Source of the DNA: Sphyrna mokarran
Lineage: Eukaryota
Direction: 5' to 3'
Assembly: GCA_024679065.1 (NCBI GenBank)
Contig: JAGIQG010000009.1
Span: 62,434,001-62,498,000, forward strand
Length of the DNA stretch: 64,000 nt
The notes beneath the pieces are model-generated. The model had not been told where the DNA came from and did no database searches. It saw only the letters and a list, made by a program, of their open reading frames with translations. The position numbers and the translations under genes are program-made. Shown one piece after another: positions 1-13,084 of this stretch (position 1 is its first letter; each line of letters begins with the position of its first letter).

Positions 1-74
1 AGATAGTAACCCAAGGCCAGAATTTAATCCGGGTCCTTGACGATGTGAGGCAGCAGTGATAACCACTGTGCCAT
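1..74 (-). mobile_element. tRNA-derived head of HE1/V-SINE-like shark SINE (cut by window edge)
   Basis: Motif 'tgtgaggcagcagtgataaccactgtgcca' matches the SINE head seen in several other copies in this window. Confidence 0.75.
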
Positions 75-339
75 TCACCATATCAACAAATAGAATTCAA
101 GCTGCCATCCTAGTCAAGCAATCATCTAAAACAAAAGAAAGATCTTCAATCACTGTTCATACAAATAAATTAAGCTGATGATGGTTCCATCTCTCTATAA
201 TTGCTTATGTGAGTACTCTATTAAGGAATTATTCAACATGATTATAAAAGAATTTTATTTAAAACTGAATTTATTCAGCTAAGAAGAGTTAGTGCATGAT
301 TTGTCAATCTTCAATTAATGCAGGAAATGTTTCGATTAA

Positions 340-650
340 AGATCTTCAAATATATTCCTCAAATCCCGCCAGTTTTCCTTTCTTACATATTTCTGATTTT
401 AATCATTTCACAATTAGCACTATGCCTTCAGCTACCAAGACTCTAAATTAGTAATTCTCGCCCTGAACCAGTCCCCATTGTGAGCTGCTTGAAGACATTC
501 TTTGAAACTTACTTTTTCGATCAAGCATTTGGTCACCTGTCCTGCCATCACCTTATATGGTACCATCCCAAACTTTTGTTGCTAACATTCCTGCGAAAGG
601 ATATTAACCACATGAAAGATGTGGGAAAAACACAAGTCCTTGTTGTTGAA
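340..650 (+). mobile_element. Decayed L2-type LINE 3' end
   Basis: 'ctttgaaacttactttttcgatcaagcatttggtcacct' resembles the L2 3' motif; similar text at 4250-4810, 17790-18030 and 59480-59680. Confidence 0.5.
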
Positions 651-2195
651 CACTGGACTCTCCCAACTTGTGGATTCTGTAATGAGTAGCAGAGTTGTGC
701 AGTCACCCTTAAATAAGGGTGACTGACTGACGATAAGAGGTGTATTTCCACACTAGATCAGGATAAGGCCATTTCAGACATAGTCAACACAGCCAGAACC
801 AAACAGGAATAGAGCTTGCTGTTAATAAGCTCATTCAATCCAATGAATGAAATGGGGCTAATCAAAGAGGACAGCTTACAGTTGGATTTCTCTGCAACTT
901 CATCTTGATTGGCCTCAGGAAACAAGATGTCCATCAGCCCACCAGAGTTACACTGGCTGGCTAAGAGAATTCTGATGGCAAGTCTTGTAGCCAGTGCCTG
1001 CACATCAGAGAGAACAAAATACTCAATTGAACTTGAATTGCCCTCAACACAGGAATTTCACATCAATTTATGTGAAGGCAAACATTTCGAAGCACCACCT
1101 CCCTATCCATATTAAACCTCTCTCTCCTACCTCAGTGGAATTGAAGGGAGAAGGTCATTTTGACCTAATCTACTTGCCAATCTTTTTGACAAATCATATA
1201 AATTAAGAAAAATTGAGGGGCAAAGTAAAAGGGGCAGCCTCTTAAAGAGGGGAACCGTCTGAAATAAAAAACAAAGCAAAGGGGCAACTTAAAACATCAA
1301 ACCAAAATGTGATTGAATTGGACACTGAGGGGATCCGATCAGCCATGCAGTTTGCACCTTGTCTGATTTAATTTGCCGCGGACAACAGGGAACAATCAAA
1401 TCAGGCGAAGAATGAATTGAGCAACCAGTTTGAACTGGTCAGCTTCCCATTGGGCAGGGTAAGTTAGTACGACCCTGAAACAGCTTCTTTTCTCTGGGGT
1501 TTCAGTTCTTAATAACTACATTATCCCTGGTGCATAACAAACCTTCAAAATGCTCTGAACTGAACAATCTGGAGGGTGAAGTCGGTTAGTCAACCTTTAA
1601 CATTTGCCTTGCAGTAATGAAGAAACTGGTGGTTGAATACACGGGGGCTCCTTCCGAGTCACATTGATGATGAGTTCTGTACAACTAGTTCTGTTTCAGT
1701 GAAGTAAGAGTAATTGATTTGCAGTTCTTGTTTTCTTTCACCATCAATTAACATCCTCAATGGTCAGAAACTGCACTTCATACAACGTGTGCTATTCTAG
1801 GATTACATACAAGGGGGGTGATAAACCTAAAAACTGTTTCAAACAGCAGAGATTCAGAATGCAATTAAAATAATATTGCATACGTTTCAGTCCTTAACTT
1901 AACCTCATTTCTTTTATTGCTAACAACAATTCCTCGAACCAATGTCATTAGAAATTAAAGGCAATTCGGTTTCTCAGACATTTGCCAAGATCCTTGGCAA
2001 GAAACTCCTTGTCCTGAAAGTGGAGCCTGATAAAGACGCTGTTTTAAAAACGTGGCATTAAATACATTGAAATACTATGGTTACGCTGTCGCAAGAAGAG
2101 CATTACATTAAAATGTAAATACAGGTTACTGCTACTCTCATGAGACTTTTGCAAGCCGCTCATTAAATTAGAGAGAAGGTAAGACTTGCTGATTT

Positions 2196-2214
2196 TGGCC
2201 ACTAGGTGGCAGAA
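2196..2214 (+). promoter_or_regulatory. Candidate CTCF binding site
   Basis: tggCCACTAGGTGGCAGaa closely fits the vertebrate CTCF core consensus and lies in repeat-free sequence. Confidence 0.5.
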
Positions 2215-3104
2215 TGTTTCCACCAGCCACTGCAGTGCAGTAGGGTTTTATACCTCCAGCATCACTTCCCTACAGGCAGAAAATACCTTCTGGATAACCA
2301 CCTTAGCTTCTGCTAACCTCCCGCCATTATTGGTCACATATTTCTTACTCATGCTGCAATTTAAACACAAACACCAAACAGTTTCCCCTGTATCTCTTGC
2401 ACCCTGTAACAGTCTGCATGCCAGTGGACTGTAAGACTCTCTGGCAACCTGAGGGCAATTGTCTGGCAGTTTCCTCTCTGCCCCACTCCTTTCTGCTTCT
2501 TCATTCCCCTCCAACATCTGAGATACTCTGGGGTGAGATTCATTGTGAGATATTTGTAATGCATGTCTTCATTCTGTTACAAGGGCACTATGAAGTGTTA
2601 CTCACAAATCATCAGCACATTTGTCGCAGGAATAAATTTGTTACTAAACATTTGTTGAAGTTTCAGTCCACAGCCAGATCAGAGTATTTATGCACTTAAT
2701 TGAAAGTCTCTTGAATTGAGCTTAAATTTCAGCAATTTCAAAGCACTAGACAATTCTAGTCTACTGCATGATACTTGGATGGACTGTAGCATCTATTGTC
2801 TACACAATAGTCACAGACACTCCTGTCAATCTTACTGCATGTGCTCGTTTATCATAAGCTTTTTTCCTCTGACTCCAATCTCAGATATCCATTGCTTCCT
2901 TTTATGAATTTTTTGACAGGCTATCAGGCCTCTCTCTTTCTCTCCATGTCTTTCATTAACTCTCTTCACCCCCTGATCTCAGAAAGGGTCCTCAAATAAA
3001 TTGTTCTCTTCTCATGATCCTATCGACAATGTCACTGCCACAAATTCATGCTGTTTCCTCATTCATCCCGGAAATGGAACAGCTGCAAAACTCCCCACCC
3101 ACTC

Positions 3105-3420
3105 TTTTAGTATTCATTCCTGATCTGAGAATGTTGCTGGCCAGCATTTATGGCCAACCCCTAATTACCTTCAGAAATTGCAGCAGTCCTTGTGGTGGAG
3201 GGACAACCAGAATGCTGGTATAGAGGGAATTCTAGGAATTTGAGGTGGAGAAAGAACCCTGATATAGTTCCAAATCAGGACGTCGCGTGGCTTGGAGAAG
3301 AACCTGCAGGTGATGGTGCTCCCATGTGTCTTACTTCCTTTTGCCTATCTCAGTGGTAAAGGTTGTGACTCTGAACGGTGTTGTCAAAGTAGGGTTGGCC
3401 AGTTGCTACAGTGAAACAAT
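3105..3420 (-). mobile_element. LINE 3' end fragment (CR1/L2 class; tail shared with a local tRNA-SINE family)
   Basis: 'gctggccagcatttatggccaacccctaattac' is the reverse complement of the tail at 47245-47570 and of SINE tails at about 26420-26470 and 35200-35245. Confidence 0.6.
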
Positions 3421-4249
3421 TCCACTCACTCACAACAGCCAGGCAGTGACCATCTCCAACAAGAGAGAATCCAACCATTGATAGGTGAGGTAGACTGATA
3501 AAATCATGCAAAAGCAGAGAAATCAAGATCGCACCCAATTTCTCGCCTCTCACAATCTAGTGAATTCAGTCCTGCCCACTGCCTGCAGCAGTTAGAAATG
3601 GTCTAGCCTATATTTTCAATGTCTAAATCCAAAAGATTGGATGTGAAAATTCACCCAAATAACAGATCTGCAACTCTCCCATTTTCATGCTAGCTGGACA
3701 CTTGGAATCACTCTTGTAAAATTCCATTCATTGTATCAAATCAGCTATCTGTTTTGCCATTCTCCCAGTGTTCATTCCCAATAAAGACCTTTTTTATTTA
3801 ATTAATAGAAGGAAGAGGTTACTTTTACACATAATTCCTTTGACCTTCTCTTCTCTTATAAATACTATTCATTAATCAGTACAATTAAACACTCATCTTT
3901 AAATAAGGGACATTGATAGTTTGGTACCATCTTGTTGTGATTTGTTGCATTTAATATTAGAGTTGTCGGCATTTTAAATGTAATAGTGGCACTGGTACAT
4001 GAACACCTTATCCCTATGACCTATATAATTTTGAGGTGATTACAGCTTCCTGAATAAACACACTAGAGGAAAAGCATACAACAATGTATGAATTCAAGTG
4101 CTTCACAAATAATTGAATGAATCCAGCAGCATCATAAAGCAAAGAATAAAACAGAACATTGATATCAAACTATAAGCCTGAATTAATTGTCTTATTTTTT
4201 TTCTATTATTTACACAGCCAAACGTTTGAATGAAGTTAGTCCCCCATCT

Positions 4250-4810
4250 GTCTTGGGCAGCAAAACTGTGTTGCCTGTGTACTCAGACCGAGTCCCATTC
4301 ACCCAGTACCTCTGTGTTCTCTGACCAATTCCTCAGTTTCAAAATGCCCATTCTGGTTTACAAATCACTCCATGACTCCCTCCCAGCATCCCCCTGCCCC
4401 CTCTCCATTTTGTCTCTCCATAACCTCTTCCAGCTCAACCATCCTTGGAGATTCCTGCACTCCTCCAGTTCCAACCTCGTATGTCTTTGATTTTAATTGC
4501 TCCATCACTGGCTTCAGCTACATAGGCCTTAAACTCCGGAATTTCTTTCTGGAATCTCTCCATCCCTCACTTTTTCATCCTGATGCCCCTTAAAAACTAC
4601 CTTCTCAAGAATAATTAGCAATGGGCAAATAAGTGCTGGTTTTCCCAGCAAAGTCCACGCCCCCAAGAACAAATAAGGAAAAGATCTCTCTGATCAGATT
4701 TATTGGTCACAGGTTCTAATATCTCTTCATATGGCTCAGTGTTGAATTTGTTGAATAAGAAACATTTTGGGCAGTTTTCTACGTCAAATGAGCAATAGAA
4801 ATTGTTGTTG
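4250..4810 (+). mobile_element. Decayed L2-type LINE 3' region with nested SINE tail (~4605-4680)
   Basis: 'ttcaaaatgcccattctggtttacaaatcactccatg' encodes the FKILILVYKSLH-like C-terminal motif of L2 ORF2; pyrimidine-rich 3' UTR. Confidence 0.55.
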
Positions 4811-4944
4811 TCTTACCTGCATTGAACATTTGAGGATAGTGATATGGCAGTGGATGATCTATATCAACATAATACTGTGACAATGGGTGACAAACTAGAT
4901 GAGTCTTAGTAGGATAATCAGGAGATGTTACTATCAGAGACAGG

Positions 4945-6035
4945 TACTCTCAAATTCCTATTTATCAACTATAGCTCAACCTTCATTATTCCTGCAAAAC
5001 TCATCTCCAAACTACATGCCTATGGCTTAGCTCCTGCCCTCTGCGACTGGATTCTGAACTTCCCACCCCACAGACTACAATCAATCAGGATAGACGCGAC
5101 AACTCCTCCACGATTATCCTCAACACTGGTGCCCCACAAGGCTGCGTCCTCAGCCCTTTATTATATTTCTTATACACTTACAAGTGAAAGGCCAAATTCT
5201 GCCCAACTTCATTTTCAAGCTTGCTGATGTACCACTGTAGTGGGTCAGATCTCAATGGTGAGACCGAGTACAAGAAAGATATAGACAATCTGGTGCAATG
5301 ATAATAATTTCTCCCTCAATGTCTGTAAAATGAAGGAGGTAGTCATTGACTTCAGGAATCATAGTTAAGGACATGCCTCTGTCTGTAGGATGAAGTGAAA
5401 ATGGTTAAGAGCTTCAAGTGTTTAGATGTCCAGGTCACCAACAACCCGTCCTGACCTCCCCTCCCCCCCAGTGCCAACGGTATTGTTAAGAAAGCCCGCC
5501 AACACCTCTACTTTCTCAGGAGACTAAGGAAATTTGGCATGTCAGCTATGACTATCACCAACTTTACAGATGCACCATAGAAAGCATTCTTTTAGAAAAA
5601 AGCATCACAGCTCTTCCCTGTCCAAGACCATGGAAAACTACGTGAATGTAGCCCAGTCCATCACTCAAACCAGCCTCCCATCCATTGACTCTGTCTAAAC
5701 TCACAGTGCTTCGGAAAAGCAGCCAGCATAATTTAGAACCTCACGCACCCCCGACATATTCTCTTCTACCTTCTTCTGTCAGGAAAAAGATACATAAGTC
5801 TGCAGTCAGGTACCAACCAGCTCAAGAACAGTTTCTTTCCTGCTGCCATCAGACTTTTGACTGGACCTACCCTACATTTAGTTGAACTTTCTCTACATAC
5901 TAGCTATAACTGTAACACCACATTCTGCACCCCTCCTTTCCTTCTCCCCACATATTCTATGAACAGTATGCTTTGTCTGTATAGGACTCAAGAAACACTG
6001 TATACTATTGCATGTGACAATAATAACAAATCAAA
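4945..6035 (+). mobile_element. 5'-truncated Rex1/Babar-type LINE, RT pseudogene
   Basis: ORF 4925 'FLFINYSSTF..IIPAKLISKL..GLAPALCDWILNF..HRLQSIRI' matches Rex1 RT; then decayed GAPQGCVLSP and ADD motifs; tail 'caataataacaaatcaaa'; frameshifts and stops. Confidence 0.85.
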
Positions 6036-6089
6036 CTGGAATGATGGAATGGTTGTAGCACAGGAAGCAGCTTGGTGAATTGCAAGAGC

Positions 6090-6870
6090 AATTCCCTGCA
6101 CTCTCTCCAATGTTTTTCCATTGTTTCCGAAGTGTAGTGCCTAAAATTGGATACTTCGTCCAATTGAGGTAAACGTACATCATGTCTTCTAAAGGTACGT
6201 CATGTCTTCCTTGCGTTTGTTCTCTATGCCTCTATTTATATAACCTCGGATTGTGTATGTTTTTTCAAACACTTTCTCAATTCCCTACCACCTCAAAGAC
6301 AAGTGCCCATTTACCCCCAAGTCTCTGAGCATGCACCTCCTTAGCCTTTTATTTATGCTACTTCTCCATGTTCATCCTATCACATGTATTATTTCTGCAT
6401 CAAATTATTAGCTCTCTGCATTAAATTTAATTTTCCATGTCTCCACTTATTCCACCAGTGTTTGTCTTCTTAGAGTTTATCATTTTCCTCCTCCTCAGTT
6501 CAGAGGCAAATGCCTGTTTCGTGGCAACTCCAAACTTGAAAACTGTGCCCTACATTAAATCTAAATTATTAATATACATCAAGAAAAACAGAGGTCCTGA
6601 TACCGGCCCTTGCAGAACCCACTACCTTCCTTCCTCCAGTCCAAATAAATACCAGTGTTCACCACTAATCTCTGTTGAATGTCACTCTGTCAGTTATAGA
6701 ACAGTAGTGTTCTCCTACTGTTGCCGCTGTCCCTTTTATTCCACAGAGTGCAGCTTTGCTAACAAGCCTGCTAATATGGCACTTGATCGAACACTTTTTG
6801 GAAGTCCATGTACACCACATTAACTGTGTTATCCTCCATTGCCCCATTAAAAAACTTTATCAAGTTTATT
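6090..6870 (-). mobile_element. Decayed CR1-type LINE (RT C-terminal part and 3' region)
   Basis: Minus strand shows a DVVYMDFQK-like motif near 6800-6830 and GPQG.VSGPLFFLMYINNLD near 6555-6620. Confidence 0.7.
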
Positions 6871-7344
6871 GCTTTTCACAAATACAAGAAATCCTGCCAC
6901 TGGCATTAGGAATGATTGAGTAGACCCGCACTGTGGCTGTCGGTGCACGTGTAACTGTTTTCTGATATCTTTCCAGTTAGCAGCTGGTGAGATCATTGGT
7001 GATTTTTTTTTTAAAGTTTGCTTTAAAACCTCTGAAAGCAATTCCTGAAACAACCGTGTCCAAAAATGTCTTCCTCAGGTAGGGGAAGGACAAAAACTTG
7101 AAGCTCTGGACCATACTCCTACATATTAGCTCAGCCAATGGTTCAAAAGATTCTTCATTACAGTTTCATGATCTTGAACCCAATATTTGGTGAAGATCTT
7201 TCATTCAATATTTTATTTACAAAGGAGACAAATTGTAACTCAATGATCTTTTGGAGAAGGTCATTGGTTCATAGATCTTTGGCAGATATGTTCGTTCCAT
7301 TATAAGATATTATAGCTGACATATTCATCAGGAGGCATCTGGGT

Positions 7345-7470
7345 AGTGTCACAAGTAGGCTTACATTAACACTGCAATGAAGTTACTGTGAAAATCCCCT
7401 AGTCGCCACACTCTGGCACCTACAGGAGTATACTGAGAGAGAATTTGGCATGGCTAATGCATGTCTTTCA
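7345..7470 (-). mobile_element. 3' part of SINE with 'gtgtcacaagtaggcttacattaacactgcaatgaag' tail
   Basis: Near-identical text at 12445, 25845, 58660 and, inverted, 45826. Confidence 0.75.
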
Positions 7471-7769
7471 GACTAGTTAGAGAGAACTATTTTCTCATTT
7501 GAATTTCCACCTTATACTCTGTCTTGATTTTGCTATCCTGAACTTGATTTTCTGGGTGGAAAATGCAACAGATGCAGCACTGTAATGCATCTGTACATGT
7601 GGAAGAAGTGTTCTCCTACTGTTGGGCATAATAAAATAACAACTTGTGGGCTGAAGATGGCAAAACAGTCCACAGTGCCTGTTGTCTCCCATTTCTAAAC
7701 ACAAGGCTGGCATGTCTTATCCAAAATGGAAGATAGATTGATTGGATTATTGTGTTCAATTCAATTATA

Positions 7770-8175
7770 AGGGCATACTTGAGAAGGTAAGGTTGTTCTT
7801 TTTACAGCAGAGGAAGTTCAGAGGAGATTTGATCCAGCGTTAAAAGTCACAAATGGTTTTAAAGGAGTAACCCCAAGAGGAACTGTTTCCACCAGCAGAA
7901 GGATCAGTAACCAGAAGATACAAATGTAAGGTCTGTAGTAAAAGAACATAAGGCAACATATTTTACACTGTCATTTGTTGTGACCTATTAGAACGCACCA
8001 GCTGAAAGAGCAGTAAAAGCAGGTTCATTGCTGATTCTTAAAAGAAAATTAGATGAATCCTTGAAGGGATTTTTTTTAAATGGGACTCTGGATAAAGACC
8101 AGGGGAGCGACATTAACCATGTAGCAAAGAGTCAGCACTGGGCACGATGAGGCCAATAGACTCCTTCTGCACTAT
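7770..8175 (+). mobile_element. CR1-type LINE 3' end
   Basis: EQRKFRGDLI-like remnant and typical 3' UTR ending 'ggccaatagactccttctgcacta'. Confidence 0.6.
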
Positions 8176-9092
8176 ATTTATGTACGAAAGAACAACCCCA
8201 GTCCAGCACTTGTCTACCTGAGCAACCTGGCTCTCAAAGCACTTGAAATTTAGATGTAAAAAAAAGAAAATTGTTAATCCTCCATTGTATTTTTTGTCCC
8301 TGTATTGTGTTTAAAAATGACTACATTTCGCACTGTAAGTGGTCTTTCAATTCCCATGTTGTTTTGTTGAGAACAGTCATGATCTTTGCAGCCCTCATTT
8401 AGCTTCAAGACATAACACTTAGTGGCTGTGTGACTTATTTCATGATGTCACCATACATTGTTTTGTGTTTGCTGCGAGTACTTATCACTATACGTGATAA
8501 TGTGTTTTTATCCTTTTAACAAATGCACTCTGCTTAAAACCAAATGTCCTTATGCAGATTAAGCAACAGCACAGCGAGTGTGCAGCAGCATAAATTAAAT
8601 CTCCATGACATTCTGCCACATAATTTTTGTGTTAATCGGTTTGCTTACTTAGAGATTAACACTTTCAGTAGAACATTAGGCAGATTCCCAATCTCACCAC
8701 TCACTTGCATTGTTAACGACAGTTCACACATAAGCGAGAATAAAATCTCTGCCCTTTAATGAAGCATTCCTTGGAGTATATATAGGAGACAGAGAAAGAA
8801 TAGTTCTTTCTGAACAAGAGGTGGACTTTGACTTTGGGGAGTGGTGTATTCCAGAATTTTGGGGAGTAATGTTTGGATGTGCCCATTTTTCACCATTTGG
8901 TATAGCCTGCACAAACACTTCCTGTACAGGACCCATCAAATGCCATTTTGATCGACAGTTGGAGTTTTTGATGCAAGTTAGTCACATAGACAGATCATGA
9001 CATCAGTCAACATGCAATGCTGATTTGGCTCGAGTTGTTCCAATTTTTTTACCTCACTGCTACAGTCAACCTTAACCTCCCACAGGTGGGTA

Positions 9093-9220
9093 CGGTAAGA
9101 AGTTTCACAACACCAAGTTAAATCCAACAGGTTTTTTGGAATCATAAGTTTTCAGAGCGCTGCTCCTTCATCAGGTGAGTGGAGAGGTAGATTTCACAAA
9201 CACAGCACACATAGACAAAG
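9093..9220 (-). mobile_element. Penelope-like terminal fragment with hammerhead-ribozyme core
   Basis: Minus strand CTGATGA-A-GGAGC-AGC-GCTCT-GAAA at 9174-9150. Confidence 0.6.
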
Positions 9221-9619
9221 ATTTGATGGCTGCTCAACCAAGCTTGTCATGAGACCTGTACAGCAGAATGTGCATTTTGCCTCACCCAACAGGGATTTTC
9301 CACCACCTCCAATGCTGGATCCTTATTTCTGCTGCCTCTGCTTATGCACTAGTTAGTCCTGCAAGAAAGTGTGTTCATGAGAATAGTGCAATGAGTTTGA
9401 ATGAGGTATCTATTCTGGTTTAATAGACCGCAGTGTTTACAAGGTATAAGATGTGGGGTATGAAACTTGCAGCAATTCTAAGTGAGAGAGATGACGGAAA
9501 GCTATAAACATTGGCTGTGTGCCGTAATTGGAGATATTTGGTGGGAAATATTGGTGACATGGTGTATTGAACTATGTGGTGCAATTAGTGAAAATGCCAT
9601 TTACAGCTGCAATAACTGA

Positions 9620-9810
9620 CCTTGACCACTCATATAAGGTCATTGAACTTCTTACACTTGCGGACATAACCGAAATGAGTGACCTCATTGTCTTTTCGGA
9701 TTTTGTCTGCAAGGCCTACTGATCCTTTGCAGATAAAGGACCCCTTTCCTCCTACAGATCGCATGCATCAAGACCTCTAGTGCAGCATCAGAGAACATTG
9801 CAGTCCACTG
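9620..9810 (-). pseudogene. Myb/SANT-like DNA-binding ORF remnant of a Harbinger transposon
   Basis: Minus strand reads AMFSDAALEVLMHAICRRKGVLY and later KCKKFNDLI, the start and end of the Harbinger Myb/SANT domain; interrupted. Confidence 0.65.
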
Positions 9811-10419
9811 TCTGCCATATTCTGCCATTCATGCATCTTTCCCAGGTCGAAAGGTACTTGTACGGTAAATCTAACCACTTGCTCCAACTTCAAGAAGCAC
9901 ACGCTAGCTTGAATTGTACTAGCCTCTTATGATTGTGCACTCAGACATGTAACCACTAACAGTGCGCTTAGTGCTGGCTGCTGTGTAAATGTATAGATAA
10001 CAAGTTTGCTTGCACCGAAAGGAACAGGGATGAGTTAAACATCATCCCCAGGCACATTCTGGGCCTTATTCAATATTTCCCCCTTGTAGTTTAGAGGACA
10101 ACCCTGCAGTCATAACAATACCTGTCACAAGGAATATGGAAATGGTTTACAACGCCTGTAGTAATGTTCGTACAAACAGTCTTTGGAAAACACAATACTC
10201 TTTTTTTGGGAAAGGCTGATATATTTCACTTTAAAAGCAGTGTATCCTTTTCAGTCTGAAAATCAGAAGGCTCGAAACTGCATCACAATCCAAAGTCCAC
10301 AATTAAAAGAAGGTGCTATTAAACAGAAGAGGATTTTTGGTGTGGGCCCTGCGCATTAATAAGTAGGAGGGGGTGTTCATCCTTCCCCCCCCCCCACTTC
10401 CTGAAAGAAGTTGACGTTA

Positions 10420-10900
10420 TAGAATGCGAGATATAAAAGGAAATGAGCTATTGAATGCAAGCTCATTAAAATGACACTTGGCGAATGCCAGAAATTATTT
10501 ACAATTAGCACATGTCCATAATTCAGTGCATGCCTACAGCATCAAATACTTCTCTTTCTCCAGTGCTCCATTCAAAGTGTAACTCGTATTAAGCATTCCA
10601 AGCGGAAGAATAATATCTTTATAATCTCCGTTCAGTTAGAAAGACTCTTATCACCTCATTAGAGCCACAAATTAACATTTCTTCTACCTGGATCTCAGTG
10701 AGGTAGACTTGCAGCTATGGAGAAGCTGTAGCTGCGGCACACAATACAACAGCCAAAGCATCATCCTTTTTTTCTCTCTAAAAAAGAAAGACTTTGTGTT
10801 AAGCCTTTTAGAACACATCTGACTATTGAAGCCCCAGCGCACATGAAGCAAAGATTGATTATGCTAAGAATTAACATTTCATGAGGCGTTCATTATGGTT
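10420..10900. promoter_or_regulatory. Candidate conserved non-coding element (enhancer-like)
   Basis: Repeat-free, rich in TAAT/ATTA and retained CpGs; conservation cannot be seen from one sequence. Confidence 0.3.
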
Positions 10901-11844
10901 TTCCTACCTCCACGCTTCTTTTTAAAATTGACTTCTGAATAAATGTTGGCATTTCTAGGATAATGCACTGACTGGTTACATGAAGGAGCGAAGGTAAATT
11001 GAACAAGGTAGCGAGTGGTGCTCATGAATCAGTGTTAAATGATCACTGGGTCTACATCAGCACCATCACTTAATTTATTGCTAATTCATAGGAAAGGAAT
11101 ACAGGGTGATCTTTAATCTTACCCTGCACCCACACAACGTATGCAAACATCCGCAGGTTAAGTCTGTGCACTGCCACATCATCTTGATGTGAACAGGTCC
11201 ACAAGGCTGACAATGACAGGTCTATGGTAATGTCACCGCTGGCACTGAAGATTTTCTCTGAGCCAGGTGTAATAAAATTATTAATATTAATTTCTGCTAC
11301 ATGGAGGAAAGTCACTGCTGGTAATTTCTTGGATTCTTGGTGGCAAATCGACGTACAGCGTAAAAACCACAGGTTTGTGGTGTTGAATTGAGCACAAAAT
11401 TACAGCTTAATAAATACAAGTTAAATCAATCAACACCTGAGGCAAAGGCAGAATTGAGATAAATTAAAATGCCATCACGTGCATTTTCTGTGCTAATCGT
11501 GCTCTGGAAGGGATATTTGAAGAACAGGCTGAGATTTTCTGGCCACCAGCAGGCTGTTCTGATCCAGTCAACAGATACCACCGCCCCCCCCACCCCTCCA
11601 TCACCCCTGTGGGTTCTCCAGTGGTGATGGGTGCAAATAATATGAAAACCCATTGACACCGGCGGGACCAGAAGCTGGTCAATGATGGACTGCCTCCAGC
11701 ATTACAAAACACGCAAAACATGTTGGGGGAGGAAGGGATGGGGGGGATGGAAATTCAACACAGTGTTTCATCCTGCTTATCATGCCACCATGAGATGGTT
11801 ACTTATAAACTGTCTCTACACATAATGGAACAAGTGGAGTTATG

Positions 11845-12100
11845 GAGGAATGGTGGCATAGCATTGATCTCCCTATCCCAGTTAACCCAAGGCCCAGGCT
11901 ATTGCTCACAACATATGGGCTTAAATCCCACCATGGCAGCTGGTGGAATTCAAACTGAATTCATAAATCGGGAATTTAAAGCAACTATTAGTCATGGTGA
12001 CAGTGACAGCTATCATCGATTGCTGTAAAACTGGTTCATCTGGTTCACAAATGTTCTTCAGGGAAGGGAATCTGCCACCCTTTACCTGGTGTGGCCTGCA
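11845..12100 (+). mobile_element. tRNA-derived SINE (family with 'agggaaggaaatctgcc' core)
   Basis: B-box-like 'gggcttaaatccca' and core shared with copies at 15680, 26130, 34880, 37965, 50470. Confidence 0.7.
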
Positions 12101-12436
12101 TACTGTTTTAAGAAGAGCAGCAGGTGCCCATGCCATGTGTTGAGGCCTCTGGGGTAAAGAGTAATTGTTTGGGTACCCTGCCCCCAATAGAGTCTCCCTG
12201 CCACATTATGTGTCAGTCCTTCTTATTATCCACTTCCTGGCCCCCTGATTGTGATCCACCCCACCCCTCATCTCACCTGTCTGACTGGCCCTAACAACAG
12301 GTTTCTCTTTGTCACAACTGCTTTCACAGGCGCTGGGTCAGATTCCTGGATCTCTCTCCCTAACAGCACTATCTACTGTTCCACAAGACCCACTAGGGTC
12401 TATGTTTCCTCGTGCTGGGGGAGCTAGACCTATAAA

Positions 12437-12620
12437 GTTTTTTTTATTGGTGTCACAACTGGGCTTACATTAATAATGAAGTTAATGTGAAAATCCTGTA
12501 GTTGCTACACTCCAGCGCCTGTTCGGGTAAACTGAGGGAGAATTTAGCACGGCCGATGCACCTAACCAGCACATTTTTTCCAACTCTAGGAGAAATCCCA
12601 TGCAGAATGTACAGACTCTT
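12437..12620 (-). mobile_element. SINE fragment (tail family of 7345)
   Basis: Same tail and V-domain-like text as 25835-26121. Confidence 0.7.
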
Positions 12621-12679
12621 CGAGAGTATCCTAGTGCTTCACGTCATTAGTGTACGCTTGACCTGAACCATTTGATGGG

Positions 12680-13080
12680 CAACATGACAGCTCAGTGACT
12701 ATTGCTGTGCTATGCAGATACATAGATTTGGGCCTGTGTCTGTGGGAGTTTGCGCATTCTCCCCATGCTTGTGTGGGTTTTCTCCGGGTGCTCTGGTTTC
12801 TTCCCACATCACAAAGATGTGCTCTTAGGCTGATTGGCAGAACAAATTCTCCCTAAATTGTCTCAAATTTGGTGTCAATGCATAGATCTATAAACATAGA
12901 CACGGATCACAGGTAGAAGTGGGAACATCGAGGTGGCGGCGTGGGCTCGTTGGGCCAAAGGGCTTGTTTCCCATGCTGTTTTGTTCTTTGTTCTTTGACT
13001 CTGGGCAGGCAGTGACCCGAAACCAGAATCGAACCTGGCTCCTTGGTGCTGTGAGATAGCAGTGCTAACCGTTGTCCTGC
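12680..13080. mobile_element. HE1/V-SINE-like copy (+) followed by an inverted SINE head (~13010-13080)
   Basis: 'gtgtgggttttctccgggtgctctggtttcttcccaca' central domain; CR1-like tail; then reverse-oriented tRNA head. Confidence 0.7.
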
Positions 13081-13084
13081 CTCT

